The notes under the pieces: model-generated | What the model saw: only the letters and a program-made list of their open reading frames with translations | Told to the model about the DNA's origin: nothing | The model's database searches: none | Position numbers and translations under genes: made by a program | Assembly: GCA_017962275.1 (NCBI GenBank) | Contig: JAGCVQ010000038.1 | Span: 421-64,420 of the forward strand | Direction of reading: 5' to 3' | From: Bacteroidales bacterium | Lineage (GTDB): Bacteria; Bacteroidota; Bacteroidia; Bacteroidales; WCHB1-69 | Length of the DNA: 64,000 nucleotides | Shown here: in pieces, positions 18,016 through 28,081 of the stretch | How positions within the stretch are numbered: position 1 is the first letter of the stretch | Layout: every line of letters starts with the position of its first letter

Positions 18016-20727
18016 ATGCAGTCATACTCAAGTTCAAACCCGATGAACAACGTCAAGAAGCTGTTATTCAGCCTCCTGATGTCCATTTTGTTCTCTGTTC
18101 CTCTACCGGCACAGATCGACAACATCTTCTGGTTCGCCGCACCGGATATTTCCCCCAACCATGCGCACAATCCCATCACCTTCTGTTTCACTTCGTTCAG
18201 CAGTCCGGCCACCGTCACGATTTCGCAGCCGGCCAACCCGGCCTTCACGCCTGTGACCGTGAACCTCAACCCCTACAGCTACTACGCCTTGGATGTCACC
18301 AGCCAGGAGAGCACCGTCTCCACCGCGCCGGTGAACACCGTCTGCAACTACGGCTTCAAGATCGTCTCCACCGCCAACATCACCACCTACTACCAGTTGG
18401 GTGCCAACAACAGCGAAATCTACACGCTGAAGGGCCGCAACGCCTTGGGCACCGACTTCACCGTCCCGATGCAGAACTACCTGCTCGACGGACCGCCCTC
18501 GGATGCCAAGAACAGCATCGAAATCGTGGCCACCGAAAACAACACCACCGTCACCATCATCCCGTCGCAACCGATTGAAGGCGGCATCGCAGCGGGGACA
18601 CCCATCACCATCACCCTGAACCAAGGTCAGTCGTACTGCATCAAGTCGGCCTCGCAGACCGCTGCGGGACATCTCACCAACACGCGCATCGTCTCCGACA
18701 AGCCCATTGCGGTGAACTCCACTGACGACTCGGCTGCCAGCAACCAGGTTTCCGGCTATTCCGGCCAGGACCTTGTGGGCGAGCAATTGGTCCCCGACGA
18801 TTATGCCGGCGACTTTTTCATCGCCATGTACAACAACCGTTTGTTCGAGAACATCAACATCATCCCCATACAGGACAACACCAACGTTTATATCAACGGC
18901 AGCACCACCCCGACAACAACGCTCAACCAGGGACAGAGCTACACCTATCTGCCCAGCAACTCCCCAACCGCCGCCACGATGATCACCTCCGACAAGCCGA
19001 TCCACGTGTTCCAACTTACCGGTTCGGACGGCGAAGCAGGCGGCACGCAACTCCCCGCATTGGGCTGCACCGGCTCCATGGAGGTCGTCTATGCGCGTCC
19101 CTCCTACTCCACCCACCTGCGTCTCTCCATCGTGGTGCCCACCGCCTACATCAACGGCTTCACCATGACCGTGGGCAACAACAACGTGCCCGTGCCGGCC
19201 TCCTACTTCACCACCCTGCCCTACAACAACAACTGGTCGTACTGTTACCGCGACTTCGCCTCCTCCGTGCCCACCCAGCAAGTGATGATCCTGCAAAATT
19301 CCATCGGGCCGTTCCACCTCGGCATCCTCGACTACTACTCCGGCATGTCGTCCTCGCTCGGCTACTTCAGCGACTACAGCAGCGTAGGCCGTATCGACAT
19401 CTATATGAAGGAGTTATACTGCTTGCACGATACCGTGACCTTCAACTACCTGACCGAAAATATCGACACCGTGCATCTCGTCACGCCCACCGGCGACACG
19501 CTCACGCAGGAACCATACGTCATCACCGACCTCACCTTGGCCGACACTGGCTGGTACTATCTACTGGCTCACAGCGAGATAGGCTGCGAGGACACGTGGG
19601 TAAAGGACAGCATCAACATCCAGTTGGTGAACTCCTATAAACCCGACCTCGGCCCCGACATCTACCTCTGCACCGGCGAGGTGGCCGTACTGCACGCCAA
19701 TTACGCCGCCGACGGGGTGGAATACTATTGGAACACCGGTGACACAGGCGATTCTATCGAGGTCATCACCTCCGGGGATTACATCCTCAACGTTTCTTTG
19801 GACGACCCCAACGCCACTTTCACCTGCGAAAGCTCCGACACCGTGAAGGTCTATTTCTACCCGCTGCCGCACGCCGATTTCGAAGCCGACATCACCTCCG
19901 GCTGCACCCCGCTCTCCATCCGCTTCACCGACATCTCGACACCGGAAGTGGATAGTCTGACCACCGAATGGATCGTTTTTGACGAAAATCTCACCATCGT
20001 TAACTATTCCAGCGAGGACAACCCCGTGTTCGACTTCAACGACGCGGGTTCCTACTCCGTAAAGTTAGTCATCACCACGCCCGAAGGTTGCAAGGACTCC
20101 ATCACCAAATGGAATTACATCACCACGGCTGCACAGCCGACCATAGACTTCATCGCCAACCCGGAAATCTCGATGCTGAGCGAAAACGGCGGCAATGTGG
20201 ATTTCACCGCATTTTTGTCCGAGAATGTGGCCGGCAACCCCACCAACAACCTGGTCTGGGACTTCGGTGACGGCGAGACGACAGAAGGGGCTGAGACCTC
20301 CGTTTCGCATATTTATACGGAATGGGGCGACTATGTGGTGACGCTGACCTTAGTGACGGGCGGCGGCTGCGGAGACTCGATAAGCCATACTGTGGTCATT
20401 GAAGACGACCTCTTCTTCCCGAATGTCATCACGCCCAACGGCGACGGCATCAACGATGTGTGGGCCATCGAGAACCTCAACACCGACATCGATCCGGAGG
20501 ATCCGGACGAGTACCGCCACAACGAGCTGCGCATCAGCGACCGCTACGGCAAGGTGGTGTTCCATGTCAAGAACTACGACACGTATGCCAAAAACGGGGA
20601 GATTTTCCCGGGGCAGCACCCCTTCAACGGTGAAAACCTCAGCGACGGCGTCTATTATTTCGTCTTCTCCTACAAAGGAAAGGCCAAGACCTTCCAATGG
20701 CACGGGTCAATCACGATTATACGTTGA
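18016..20727 (+). CDS. large secreted protein with two PKD domains and type B T9SS (gliding-motility-associated) C-terminal domain
   Basis: Signal peptide and PKD signature (WDFGDGETTEG, GxYxVxL). The C-terminus FFPNVITPNGDGINDVWAIENL...ISDRYGKVVF...GVYYFVFSY is the type B sorting domain. The N-terminal ~400 aa may be IgGFc-binding-like (low confidence). Confidence 0.85.
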   Translation: MQSYSSSNPMNNVKKLLFSLLMSILFSVPLPAQIDNIFWFAAPDISPNHAHNPITFCFTSFSSPATVTISQPANPAFTPVTVNLNPYSYYALDVTSQESTVSTAPVNTVCNYGFKIVSTANITTYYQLGANNSEIYTLKGRNALGTDFTVPMQNYLLDGPPSDAKNSIEIVATENNTTVTIIPSQPIEGGIAAGTPITITLNQGQSYCIKSASQTAAGHLTNTRIVSDKPIAVNSTDDSAASNQVSGYSGQDLVGEQLVPDDYAGDFFIAMYNNRLFENINIIPIQDNTNVYINGSTTPTTTLNQGQSYTYLPSNSPTAATMITSDKPIHVFQLTGSDGEAGGTQLPALGCTGSMEVVYARPSYSTHLRLSIVVPTAYINGFTMTVGNNNVPVPASYFTTLPYNNNWSYCYRDFASSVPTQQVMILQNSIGPFHLGILDYYSGMSSSLGYFSDYSSVGRIDIYMKELYCLHDTVTFNYLTENIDTVHLVTPTGDTLTQEPYVITDLTLADTGWYYLLAHSEIGCEDTWVKDSINIQLVNSYKPDLGPDIYLCTGEVAVLHANYAADGVEYYWNTGDTGDSIEVITSGDYILNVSLDDPNATFTCESSDTVKVYFYPLPHADFEADITSGCTPLSIRFTDISTPEVDSLTTEWIVFDENLTIVNYSSEDNPVFDFNDAGSYSVKLVITTPEGCKDSITKWNYITTAAQPTIDFIANPEISMLSENGGNVDFTAFLSENVAGNPTNNLVWDFGDGETTEGAETSVSHIYTEWGDYVVTLTLVTGGGCGDSISHTVVIEDDLFFPNVITPNGDGINDVWAIENLNTDIDPEDPDEYRHNELRISDRYGKVVFHVKNYDTYAKNGEIFPGQHPFNGENLSDGVYYFVFSYKGKAKTFQWHGSITIIR

Positions 20728-20809
20728 TCTGCGTAATCTTTCCCTTTTGTTGCTCATCATAGGGATATTTCCTTTGTTGAAACGCAGGACGATGAGACTG
20801 GGCGTATGA

Positions 20810-20842
20810 AAAAAGGCAGGGACGTATGAAACGCCCCTGCCT
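20810..20842. terminator. hairpin between convergent genes
   Basis: aaaaaGGCAGGGaCG..CGcCCCTGCC. The A-run on the left serves as a U-run for the minus-strand YitT gene. Confidence 0.5.
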
Positions 20843-20875
20843 ATAACCATGTAACCCTTTAACCGTGTAACCCTT

Positions 20876-21814
20876 TTATCTCAGTTCCGCGTGCTGTTTC
20901 ACGCGTTTCTTGTCCTTGAACCAGAGGCCGTAAACCTCGCTCACGTTGCCGGCGGTGATGAACGCCTTGATCTCCTGCTTCCCGATGAATTCCATCAGCT
21001 TGGAGAACTCATCCTTGGTCAGCAAAGTTTCCAGTTCAATGGATTTCTCGTTGGTGTAGCCGCCGATGACCTCGTAAAGCGTGCAACCGCGTACCAGCTC
21101 GTCGATGATATAGCGGCGGATTCGATCCCAATCCTTGGAAACAACACAGACACGTTTCCGGTTGTTGAGGTTGGCGGTGAAATAATCGACCACCAAACCG
21201 TTGATCCACGTGCCGATGAGGCCGATGACGACCATACGGAAGGGGTTGATGGCAAAGGCCGTGCAGCAGATGCAGGCACCCGCGATGGTCACCGACTTGC
21301 CGATGTCGAAATGCAGGTACTTGTTGACGATCTTGGCCAAGATGTCCAGACCGCCGGTGGAGGCGTTGATGGAGAAGAGCACCGCCTGCGATGCGCTCAG
21401 CAAGAGCACGAAACAGCAGAGGTCGAACCAGATGTCGCCCATCACCGAGGTAGAACCCTCCGCCACGAAATTCGTGTAGGGCAAGAACTTTTCCAGCAAG
21501 GCCATCAGCGGTCCGAGAATCAACGCCGTATAGACCGTTTTGGTACCGAACTCCTTGCCAATCAAGAAGTAAGCCAGCACCAAGAGGATGGCATTGACCA
21601 CCAAAATGACGGTGGATACCGGCAGCGCGACCCCAAACAACTGTTCGGAGACCCCGCTGATCACGATGGACAAACCGGAAATGGTGCCGATGATCAGCTT
21701 GCTCGGCACCAGGAAGTAATAAACTGCAATGGCCGTGAACAGCATACCCACGGTCATAATCAGAAGTTCTACCCAGAACTTCTTGGATTTTAACACATTA
21801 AGGATTTTTTCCAT
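20876..21814 (-). CDS. YitT-family membrane protein (C-terminal DUF2179)
   Basis: Multi-TM N-terminal part plus a soluble C-terminal domain (VSKDWDRIRRYIIDELVRGCTLYEVIGGYT). The ORF-track start 21955 overlaps rpoN, so ATG 21814 (MEKILNVLK) is chosen. Confidence 0.8.
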   Translation of the reverse strand: MEKILNVLKSKKFWVELLIMTVGMLFTAIAVYYFLVPSKLIIGTISGLSIVISGVSEQLFGVALPVSTVILVVNAILLVLAYFLIGKEFGTKTVYTALILGPLMALLEKFLPYTNFVAEGSTSVMGDIWFDLCCFVLLLSASQAVLFSINASTGGLDILAKIVNKYLHFDIGKSVTIAGACICCTAFAINPFRMVVIGLIGTWINGLVVDYFTANLNNRKRVCVVSKDWDRIRRYIIDELVRGCTLYEVIGGYTNEKSIELETLLTKDEFSKLMEFIGKQEIKAFITAGNVSEVYGLWFKDKKRVKQHAELR

Positions 21815-21863
21815 ATCTCTTAGATTGAAAAATGACAATTTATAACGACTATAGCCCGTTGCC

Positions 21864-23381
21864 TTACAACTCCTTCCGGAGTCGCGCCACGGGAATCCCC
21901 ATCTGCTCGCGATACTTCGCCACGGTCCGGCGGGCGATGTTGTAGCCCTTCTCATTCAGCAGAGCGCAGATCTTGTCATCCGAAAGCGGTTTTTTCTTGT
22001 CTTCCGCTTCCACTAAGTCGCCAAGAATCTGCTTGATCTCCTTGGAAGAGACATCATCGTCGTTCACCGCCTCGGAAAAGAGGTGCTTAAGCGGGATGAT
22101 GCCGAAGTCGGTCTGCACGTACTTGCTGTTCGAGACACGGGAGATGGTGGAGATGTCGGCCCCGACCTCCTGCGCGATCGTCTTGAGAATCATCGGTTTG
22201 AGGTCTTTGTTGTCGCCGGAAAGGAAATAGTCGCGCTGGTGCTGCATGATGGCGTACATGGTGTTGTACAACAGCATCTCGCGCAACGACAGCGTCTTGA
22301 TGAACTGCTGCCCGTCATCAACGTATTTCTTGATGAACTTTTCGGCCTCCGCGCTGCGACGTTCGTACTCCTCCTTCGACAGGAAACGGTACTCGTTGCT
22401 GAACGCCTTGTTAATCCGCACTTTAGGGACGTACTGGTTGTTCAGCGTCAGGGTCAGCTTGCCATCGCTGTTGGTGATGGTGAAGTCGGGAATGATGGTC
22501 TCGGCATTCTTCTGCATCGGGGTCTCCTGCGAGGCCGGACGCGGGTCAAGCTTCTGAACCACATCCAACGCGGCCTTCAGCTCGTCGTTGCTGATCATCA
22601 ACAGTGAGAGTATCTTATCGTAGTGCCTTTTCGTCAGCAAATCAAAATATTGCGAGATCAGCACTCTTGCGAGCTGGTGCGCGGGCGTGGGATCGGGAAT
22701 GCGGTCGAGCTGCAACAGCAGACACTCTTGCAGATTGCGGGCACCGGTGCCGGGCGGGTCGAGCTCCTGCACGAAATGCGTCAGCACATACTCTACCTCG
22801 GCAATGTCCGTCTGGATGTATTCGGTATAGAGCAGCTCGTTCACAATAGCCTGTAAATCAGCATGTAAATAACCTGCGTCATCGAGCGTGCCCATCAGAT
22901 AGGTGGCGATCTGCGACTGACGTTCGGTCATCTCCATCTCGTCCAACTGCCACTGCCACTGCTCGCGCATCGACTCGTAATAGACATCGGACTTGGGGTT
23001 GCGACGCTGCTCGTCAGGCGCGTTGACCTTGGCGATGTAATTCTCCAACTGCGCATCCGAAAAGCCCTCGTCATAGTCGTCGCTATCACGGTAATAGTCT
23101 TCCTTAAAGATTTCATCCTCAGGAAGTTGATCATTCGACAACTCCAGTGGATCGCCGTTGGCATCGTATTCTTCCCGCGACACTTCCTCATGGGTTTCCT
23201 GTTCGGCAGCATCGTCGTCGTAAATCTCCAAGGCGGGATTATCCTCCACGGCGTTGCGCACCTCCTGTTCCAACGAGGCGTAGGGCAGCTCTACCAGATG
23301 CATCAGTTGAACCGTCAACGGCAGACCAACCTGCCGTTGAACGTTCTTCTGCTCTAATCCGATTTTATTCTGTGAAGACAT
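21864..23381 (-). CDS. rpoN: RNA polymerase sigma-54 factor
   Basis: Leu/Gln-rich N-terminal region, acidic linker, and the C-terminal RpoN box ARRTVAKYR. Confidence 0.93.
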   Translation of the reverse strand: MSSQNKIGLEQKNVQRQVGLPLTVQLMHLVELPYASLEQEVRNAVEDNPALEIYDDDAAEQETHEEVSREEYDANGDPLELSNDQLPEDEIFKEDYYRDSDDYDEGFSDAQLENYIAKVNAPDEQRRNPKSDVYYESMREQWQWQLDEMEMTERQSQIATYLMGTLDDAGYLHADLQAIVNELLYTEYIQTDIAEVEYVLTHFVQELDPPGTGARNLQECLLLQLDRIPDPTPAHQLARVLISQYFDLLTKRHYDKILSLLMISNDELKAALDVVQKLDPRPASQETPMQKNAETIIPDFTITNSDGKLTLTLNNQYVPKVRINKAFSNEYRFLSKEEYERRSAEAEKFIKKYVDDGQQFIKTLSLREMLLYNTMYAIMQHQRDYFLSGDNKDLKPMILKTIAQEVGADISTISRVSNSKYVQTDFGIIPLKHLFSEAVNDDDVSSKEIKQILGDLVEAEDKKKPLSDDKICALLNEKGYNIARRTVAKYREQMGIPVARLRKEL

Positions 23382-23389
23382 TTAATCAA

Positions 23390-24787
23390 TTAAAATTCAG
23401 CGTTTTGCGGAGTACGCGGGAACGGAATCACGTCGCGGATATTGGTCATGCCGGTGACGAACAGCAGCAGTCGCTCGAAACCGAGACCGAAACCGGAGTG
23501 TGGAGCGGAACCGAAGCGGCGTGTGTCGAAATACCACCAGTATTGTTCCTCGGTCATGCCCAGTTCATGCACGCGGGTGAGCAGTTTCTGATAGTCGGCC
23601 TCACGCTCGGAGCCACCGATGATTTCGCCGATGGTCGGGAAAAGCACGTCCATGGCACGGACCGTCTTGCCATCGTCGTTCTGCTTCATGTAGAACGCCT
23701 TGATCTCCTTCGGATAATCCGTCAGGATGACCGGCTTCTTGAAGTGGTTCTCCACGAGATAACGCTCGTGCTCAGACTGCAGGTCGATGCCCCATTTCAC
23801 GGGATACTCGAACTTTTTCTTAGCCTGCAGCAGGATGTCGATGGCCTCAGTGTAGCCCAAGCGCACGAACTCGACCTTCGTGACGGATTCCAGACGGGAA
23901 ATCAACTCCTTGTCGAACATGTCGTTGAGGAACTTGAGGTCGTCCATGTTGTTGTCCAACGCATACTGCACGAGGTATTTGATAAAGTCCTCAGCGAGAT
24001 CCATGTTATCCTTGATGTCGTAGAAGGCCATTTCCGGCTCAATCATCCAGAACTCGGCCAAGTGGCGCGGCGTGTTGCTGTTCTCGGCGCGGAATGTGGG
24101 TCCGAAGGTGTAGATGTTGCCGAGCGCCATGGCACCAAGCTCACCCTCCAACTGTCCGGAAACCGTCAGGTTGGTGTGCTTGCCGAAGAAGTCCTGCTTG
24201 AAATCAACTTTGCCTTCCTCCGTGCGGGGAATGTTGTTGAGGTCGAAGGTGGTGACGTTGAACATCTCGCCGGCACCCTCCGCATCGGAAGCGGTGATCA
24301 ACGGGGTGTGGAGGTAGAAGAAACCTCTGTCGTTGAAGTATTTATGGATGGCGAAAGCCATGGCGTGGCGAAGACGCAGCACACAGCCGAAATAGTTGGT
24401 ACGCGGACGCAGGTGGGCGATCTCACGCAGGAACTCCATCGAGTGACCCTTCTTCTGCAACGGATAGGATTCGGGGTCGGCAGAACCGTAAACCTCGATA
24501 GTATCCGCCTGAACCTCAACGGTCTGACCCTTACCTTGGGACTCCACCAACGTGCCGGTCACGTGGATACACGAGCCAGTGGTAATCTGCTTCATCAGGG
24601 CCTCGTCGAACTTGGCCGTGTCCGCCACCACCTGTAGGTTGGTGACGATGGAGCCATCGTTGAGGGCGATGAACTGCACAAAGTTGTTGCCGCGGCGGGA
24701 ACGCACCCAGCCTTTCACGTCCACGGGGTTGCCAATACCGACCACCTCGGGCGTCTTGATGATATCTTTCAGTCTTAATTTATTCAT
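23390..24787 (-). CDS. asnS: asparagine--tRNA ligase
   Basis: OB-fold N-terminus ([23 protein letters not shown]), class II core, and C-terminus [29 protein letters not shown]. Confidence 0.93.
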   Translation of the reverse strand: MNKLRLKDIIKTPEVVGIGNPVDVKGWVRSRRGNNFVQFIALNDGSIVTNLQVVADTAKFDEALMKQITTGSCIHVTGTLVESQGKGQTVEVQADTIEVYGSADPESYPLQKKGHSMEFLREIAHLRPRTNYFGCVLRLRHAMAFAIHKYFNDRGFFYLHTPLITASDAEGAGEMFNVTTFDLNNIPRTEEGKVDFKQDFFGKHTNLTVSGQLEGELGAMALGNIYTFGPTFRAENSNTPRHLAEFWMIEPEMAFYDIKDNMDLAEDFIKYLVQYALDNNMDDLKFLNDMFDKELISRLESVTKVEFVRLGYTEAIDILLQAKKKFEYPVKWGIDLQSEHERYLVENHFKKPVILTDYPKEIKAFYMKQNDDGKTVRAMDVLFPTIGEIIGGSEREADYQKLLTRVHELGMTEEQYWWYFDTRRFGSAPHSGFGLGFERLLLFVTGMTNIRDVIPFPRTPQNAEF

Positions 24788-24878
24788 GTTCTATTCTAAT
24801 TTACATTTATTGCTTATATTCTCCAAGAATATTTGGCTATTAACTGTTGGCTAAAAGCAAATAGCTAATAACTAATCG

Positions 24879-25742
24879 CTAAAGATAAGATTGCAACGCC
24901 TTGCACTTCGCGTTGTGGCGGAGGCGGCGGATGGCCTTCTCCTTGATTTGGCGTACGCGCTCGCGGGAGAGGTCAAATTTCTCACCGATCTCATCGAGAG
25001 TGAGCGGGTGCTTGCTGCCAAGACCGTAGAAGAGCTTCAGAATCTCCGCCTCGCGCTCCGGCAGCGTGTCAATGACCGTACCGAGCTCCTGTTGCAGCGA
25101 CTCGTAAATCAGCTCCCTGTCGGGCGGAGCGATGTTCTCGTTGCGCATCACATCGTACATATTGGTGTCATCGTCGGAGGTCAGACTGGCATCCATCGAG
25201 AGGTGCCGCGGGGAGTTCTTCATCGAATCCTTGACCTCGTCCTCGGTCATGCCCATGCGCTCGGCAATCTCAGAGATCTTGGGTTCGCGCTGAAGCTCCT
25301 GCTCCAGAATACCCATCGTCTTGTATATTTTGTTGATGACGCCGACCTTGTTCATGGGCAGACGCACGATACGCGACTGTTCGGCGATGGCCTGCAGGAT
25401 GGCCTGACGGATCCACCACACGGCGAACGAGATGAACTTGAAACCCTTGGTCTCGTCGAAGCGGTGCGCCGCCTTGATGAGGCCGAGGTTGCCTTCGTTA
25501 ATCAAATCGGAAAGGGTAATGCCCTGATTCTGATACTGTTTTGCGACAGAAACGACAAACCGGAGGTTGGCGTTCGTCAATTTCTCCAACGCGTCCTCGT
25601 CGCCGTTCTTGATACGGCGCGCCAACTCCGCCTCCTCGTCAGCGGTCAGCAAGGGTACCTTTCCTATATCATGCAGGTACTTGTCCAACGACGGCGTCTC
25701 GCTACGGTTGGTAACCTGCTTTGTAATTCTTAATTGTCTCAT
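24879..25742 (-). CDS. rpoD: primary sigma-70 factor (short Bacteroidota form)
   Basis: Region 2 (FISFAVWWIRQAI) and region 4.2 (LTLDEIGEKFDLSRERVRQIKEKAIRRL). At 287 aa it has the length typical of Bacteroidota SigA. Confidence 0.9.
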   Translation of the reverse strand: MRQLRITKQVTNRSETPSLDKYLHDIGKVPLLTADEEAELARRIKNGDEDALEKLTNANLRFVVSVAKQYQNQGITLSDLINEGNLGLIKAAHRFDETKGFKFISFAVWWIRQAILQAIAEQSRIVRLPMNKVGVINKIYKTMGILEQELQREPKISEIAERMGMTEDEVKDSMKNSPRHLSMDASLTSDDDTNMYDVMRNENIAPPDRELIYESLQQELGTVIDTLPEREAEILKLFYGLGSKHPLTLDEIGEKFDLSRERVRQIKEKAIRRLRHNAKCKALQSYL

Positions 25743-25826
25743 TTTCAGTAAATAAAGAGCCTGTTTTGTTAATATTTGCTATTGGCTTTTGGCTGTTAGC
25801 CTTTTGCCTATTGCCTTTTGCCTAAA

Positions 25827-26852
25827 TTAGAAGCTATAGCCGATGCCTAAACCGACCACTTCCTTGAACTGCACACGGGCACGCGGGCCTGCATCGTATT
25901 TGCCCCAAGCGGGACCGTCAATCATCACCTTGTCGTAATACTTCAAGGAGGTCATCAAGCTGACGCTGAACACTTTGAGGAAGTTGTACGTAACGGCGAC
26001 ATCCCAATCCACGTCGAAGTTGCCGAACTTCTGGCCGTTTTCATCATGAATACGAGCCGTGTAAGGCGTAAAGAGCGTGATCGTGGAGATGATCTTCAGG
26101 TTCTTCACGAGGGTGTAGTTGATACCGCCGTTGATACGGAGACCCATGTTCAGGGTGATAGGCTTGTATGTGCCGTCACTGCGCATCGACATGCCGTAGT
26201 TGGGACGGAGAGATTCTTCCAGACAGGTGGTCATACGACCGGCAACCGGATACACACCGACGCAGAAGATGTCGTTCGGACGCCACTCGACACCAAGTGC
26301 CAAGTCCGTGTAGGACGGGGAGAGCCATTTTGAAATCAACGTAGGCTCAACGGGATTGCCATTCTCATCCACTTCGCCTGCATCCACGGCCTTATAATCC
26401 TTGCCGGGTGCGTACTGGGAGCGGAAACTGCCCAACAGGGAGAGGTACCACTGCGGGTGCATCTGATAACCCACCTTGGTCATAAAGTTGAGTTTGTCAT
26501 TGGCTTTTCTCCAACGATAGCGCTGGTAATCGCTGGAATACATCTCACCCAGCTCGGTGTCCAAGTTGGAATCCCAAGTCCATTTGTCCTTCTTGTAAGA
26601 CAGCGTCAGGTTGGCGAAAACGAAACCGGTTACGTTGTTATTACCACCGGCAGCCCAGTTGAAAAGAGCAGTCTGGGCGGCGTTCAAACCGGTCACACCC
26701 GTGAATTTCCAGTGCTTCGCGCTGTCAATCTCGGCCGACTTCACTTTGGTCTTCAACGCCTCATCAGCCGCGGTTTTCTCGTCCACCTGTGCATTGGCGA
26801 ACACAAACGCCACCGCACAAACACAAAACAGTAAAACTTTCTTCATAATCAA
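25827..26852 (-). CDS. DUF3078-like outer-membrane beta-barrel protein
   Basis: Signal peptide, NWAAGGNNNV motif, alternating beta-strand pattern, and a terminal aromatic residue (GIGYSF). Confidence 0.7.
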   Translation of the reverse strand: MIMKKVLLFCVCAVAFVFANAQVDEKTAADEALKTKVKSAEIDSAKHWKFTGVTGLNAAQTALFNWAAGGNNNVTGFVFANLTLSYKKDKWTWDSNLDTELGEMYSSDYQRYRWRKANDKLNFMTKVGYQMHPQWYLSLLGSFRSQYAPGKDYKAVDAGEVDENGNPVEPTLISKWLSPSYTDLALGVEWRPNDIFCVGVYPVAGRMTTCLEESLRPNYGMSMRSDGTYKPITLNMGLRINGGINYTLVKNLKIISTITLFTPYTARIHDENGQKFGNFDVDWDVAVTYNFLKVFSVSLMTSLKYYDKVMIDGPAWGKYDAGPRARVQFKEVVGLGIGYSF

Positions 26853-26900
26853 TATATTTTATTAAACTTAAACTCTAAACTTTGAACCTTGAACTTCGAA

Positions 26901-28076
26901 CTAAGGATTCACCTTATGGTACGTCCTCCACCACCTGTCCGAAATCTTGTCCTCACAGGCAAGATCGTAGTCGCGTTTGGAACAAGGCAGGTAGTAATGC
27001 TGCACCCTATCCTTATCTTTCTGATACATAGGCACCAACACCCACCAACGGTCGGACTTCTTGCTATGGAAGAAAACCAGCTCGTCCAAGGCACCGGTAA
27101 CGGAAATATTGAACTGGCGGTAGTCCTCCTTGTTCTTGAACTGCCCGTCGTTCTGGCGGAAGATGAAGCCCTCCACAAAATACCAGAGAATATGGGCGAT
27201 GAGCTGCGAGGTCTGGTTGTTGAAATCAAGGGTCGGGTCGTACTCGTAAATCCCGAAAGAGGAAAGTTTGTCGCTGAGACCCACATACTTGGCAATCTGG
27301 CAAATCTCCTCTCCGTAGAATCCGTTGGAGGAGCTGTGCGGACAGCCGGGAGCGTCGGGACGGCGCACGGCAGAGATGTCGAGCGACACCATGTCGGCGT
27401 TGCGGACCACCGGTTCCACCTCTTCCAAATTGCGACGCATGAAGCCCACGCGGTAGGTCTCGAAGAAGAGCTCTTCCATCATGCCCAACGATTCGGGACT
27501 GTTCATATAGCTCTGGTAGCCGATGTTAGCGTAATTCAACAGGAAATTGGGTTGCTGAAGCACCATCTTGTTGACGTACGCGTCGGAGCGGATCGGCTTG
27601 TTCTCATGCCCGAGGTCGAAACAGGAGTCGATAGCGACCACATTGGCCACGCGTTCCATCAGTTCGTAAGCGCGGTAATTGGCGTAAGCGAGGTCATTGC
27701 TGCCTCCCAAGATAATCGGAACCACCTTGTTCTCAATAAGATGCGCCAACACTTCGGAAACGGCGGAATAGGTATCCTCCACAGAATTCCCGACACGCAG
27801 GTTGCCCAGATCAAGGATGCGCACCTTGCGGCGCCATGCGTACAGCTGGTAAAACTGCCGGCGAATCTCGTCAGGTGCGAGCGAGCACGAGGGATTGCGG
27901 TAGGCGTTACGCGATTCCGGCACCCCGATGATGGCGATGTCCGCTTCGCTGATGTCCAACGACGACGAAGGGTCGTAGAACATCACCGTGTGCAGCAGAC
28001 GGTCATTCAGCTCCTCGGCATCCGGCAGATGGAGCGAATCCACCGAGACCGGTTCGAAATACAGTGACAAATCCAT
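26901..28076 (-). CDS. arginase/formiminoglutamase-fold protein with degenerate metal-ligand motifs
   Basis: The three ureohydrolase motifs are recognisable but altered: ILGGSNDLAY (for GGDHS), VVAIDSCFDL (for DAHxD), MVSLDISAVRRPDAPG (for SxDxDxxDP). There is a C-terminal extension of about 90 aa. Confidence 0.75.
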   Translation of the reverse strand: MDLSLYFEPVSVDSLHLPDAEELNDRLLHTVMFYDPSSSLDISEADIAIIGVPESRNAYRNPSCSLAPDEIRRQFYQLYAWRRKVRILDLGNLRVGNSVEDTYSAVSEVLAHLIENKVVPIILGGSNDLAYANYRAYELMERVANVVAIDSCFDLGHENKPIRSDAYVNKMVLQQPNFLLNYANIGYQSYMNSPESLGMMEELFFETYRVGFMRRNLEEVEPVVRNADMVSLDISAVRRPDAPGCPHSSSNGFYGEEICQIAKYVGLSDKLSSFGIYEYDPTLDFNNQTSQLIAHILWYFVEGFIFRQNDGQFKNKEDYRQFNISVTGALDELVFFHSKKSDRWWVLVPMYQKDKDRVQHYYLPCSKRDYDLACEDKISDRWWRTYHKVNP

Positions 28077-28081
28077 AGTCC

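Noticed and set aside
23147-24637. Long antisense or alternative-frame ORFs. Examples: 496 aa opposite asnS; also 1280-2371, 8002-8715, 14375-15442, 16597-17502, 18103-19317, 20891-21793, 24891-25733, 26889-28067, 28154-29812, 32058-33710, 33921-34673, 36441-37094, 52667-53503, 57203-58021, 58803-59762, and about 20 ORFs inside 37430-49861.
   Set aside because: Each overlaps a gene whose product carries clear family motifs on the other strand or frame. Their products are Arg/Gly/Val/His-rich shadows typical of GC-rich third-position coding sequence read in the wrong frame.
21864-25742. The rpoN-asnS-rpoD clustering as a possible regulatory module.
   Set aside because: All three are conserved housekeeping genes in a 13-kb co-directional block. 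Nothing in the sequence links them functionally, and I believe similar adjacency occurs in other Bacteroidales.
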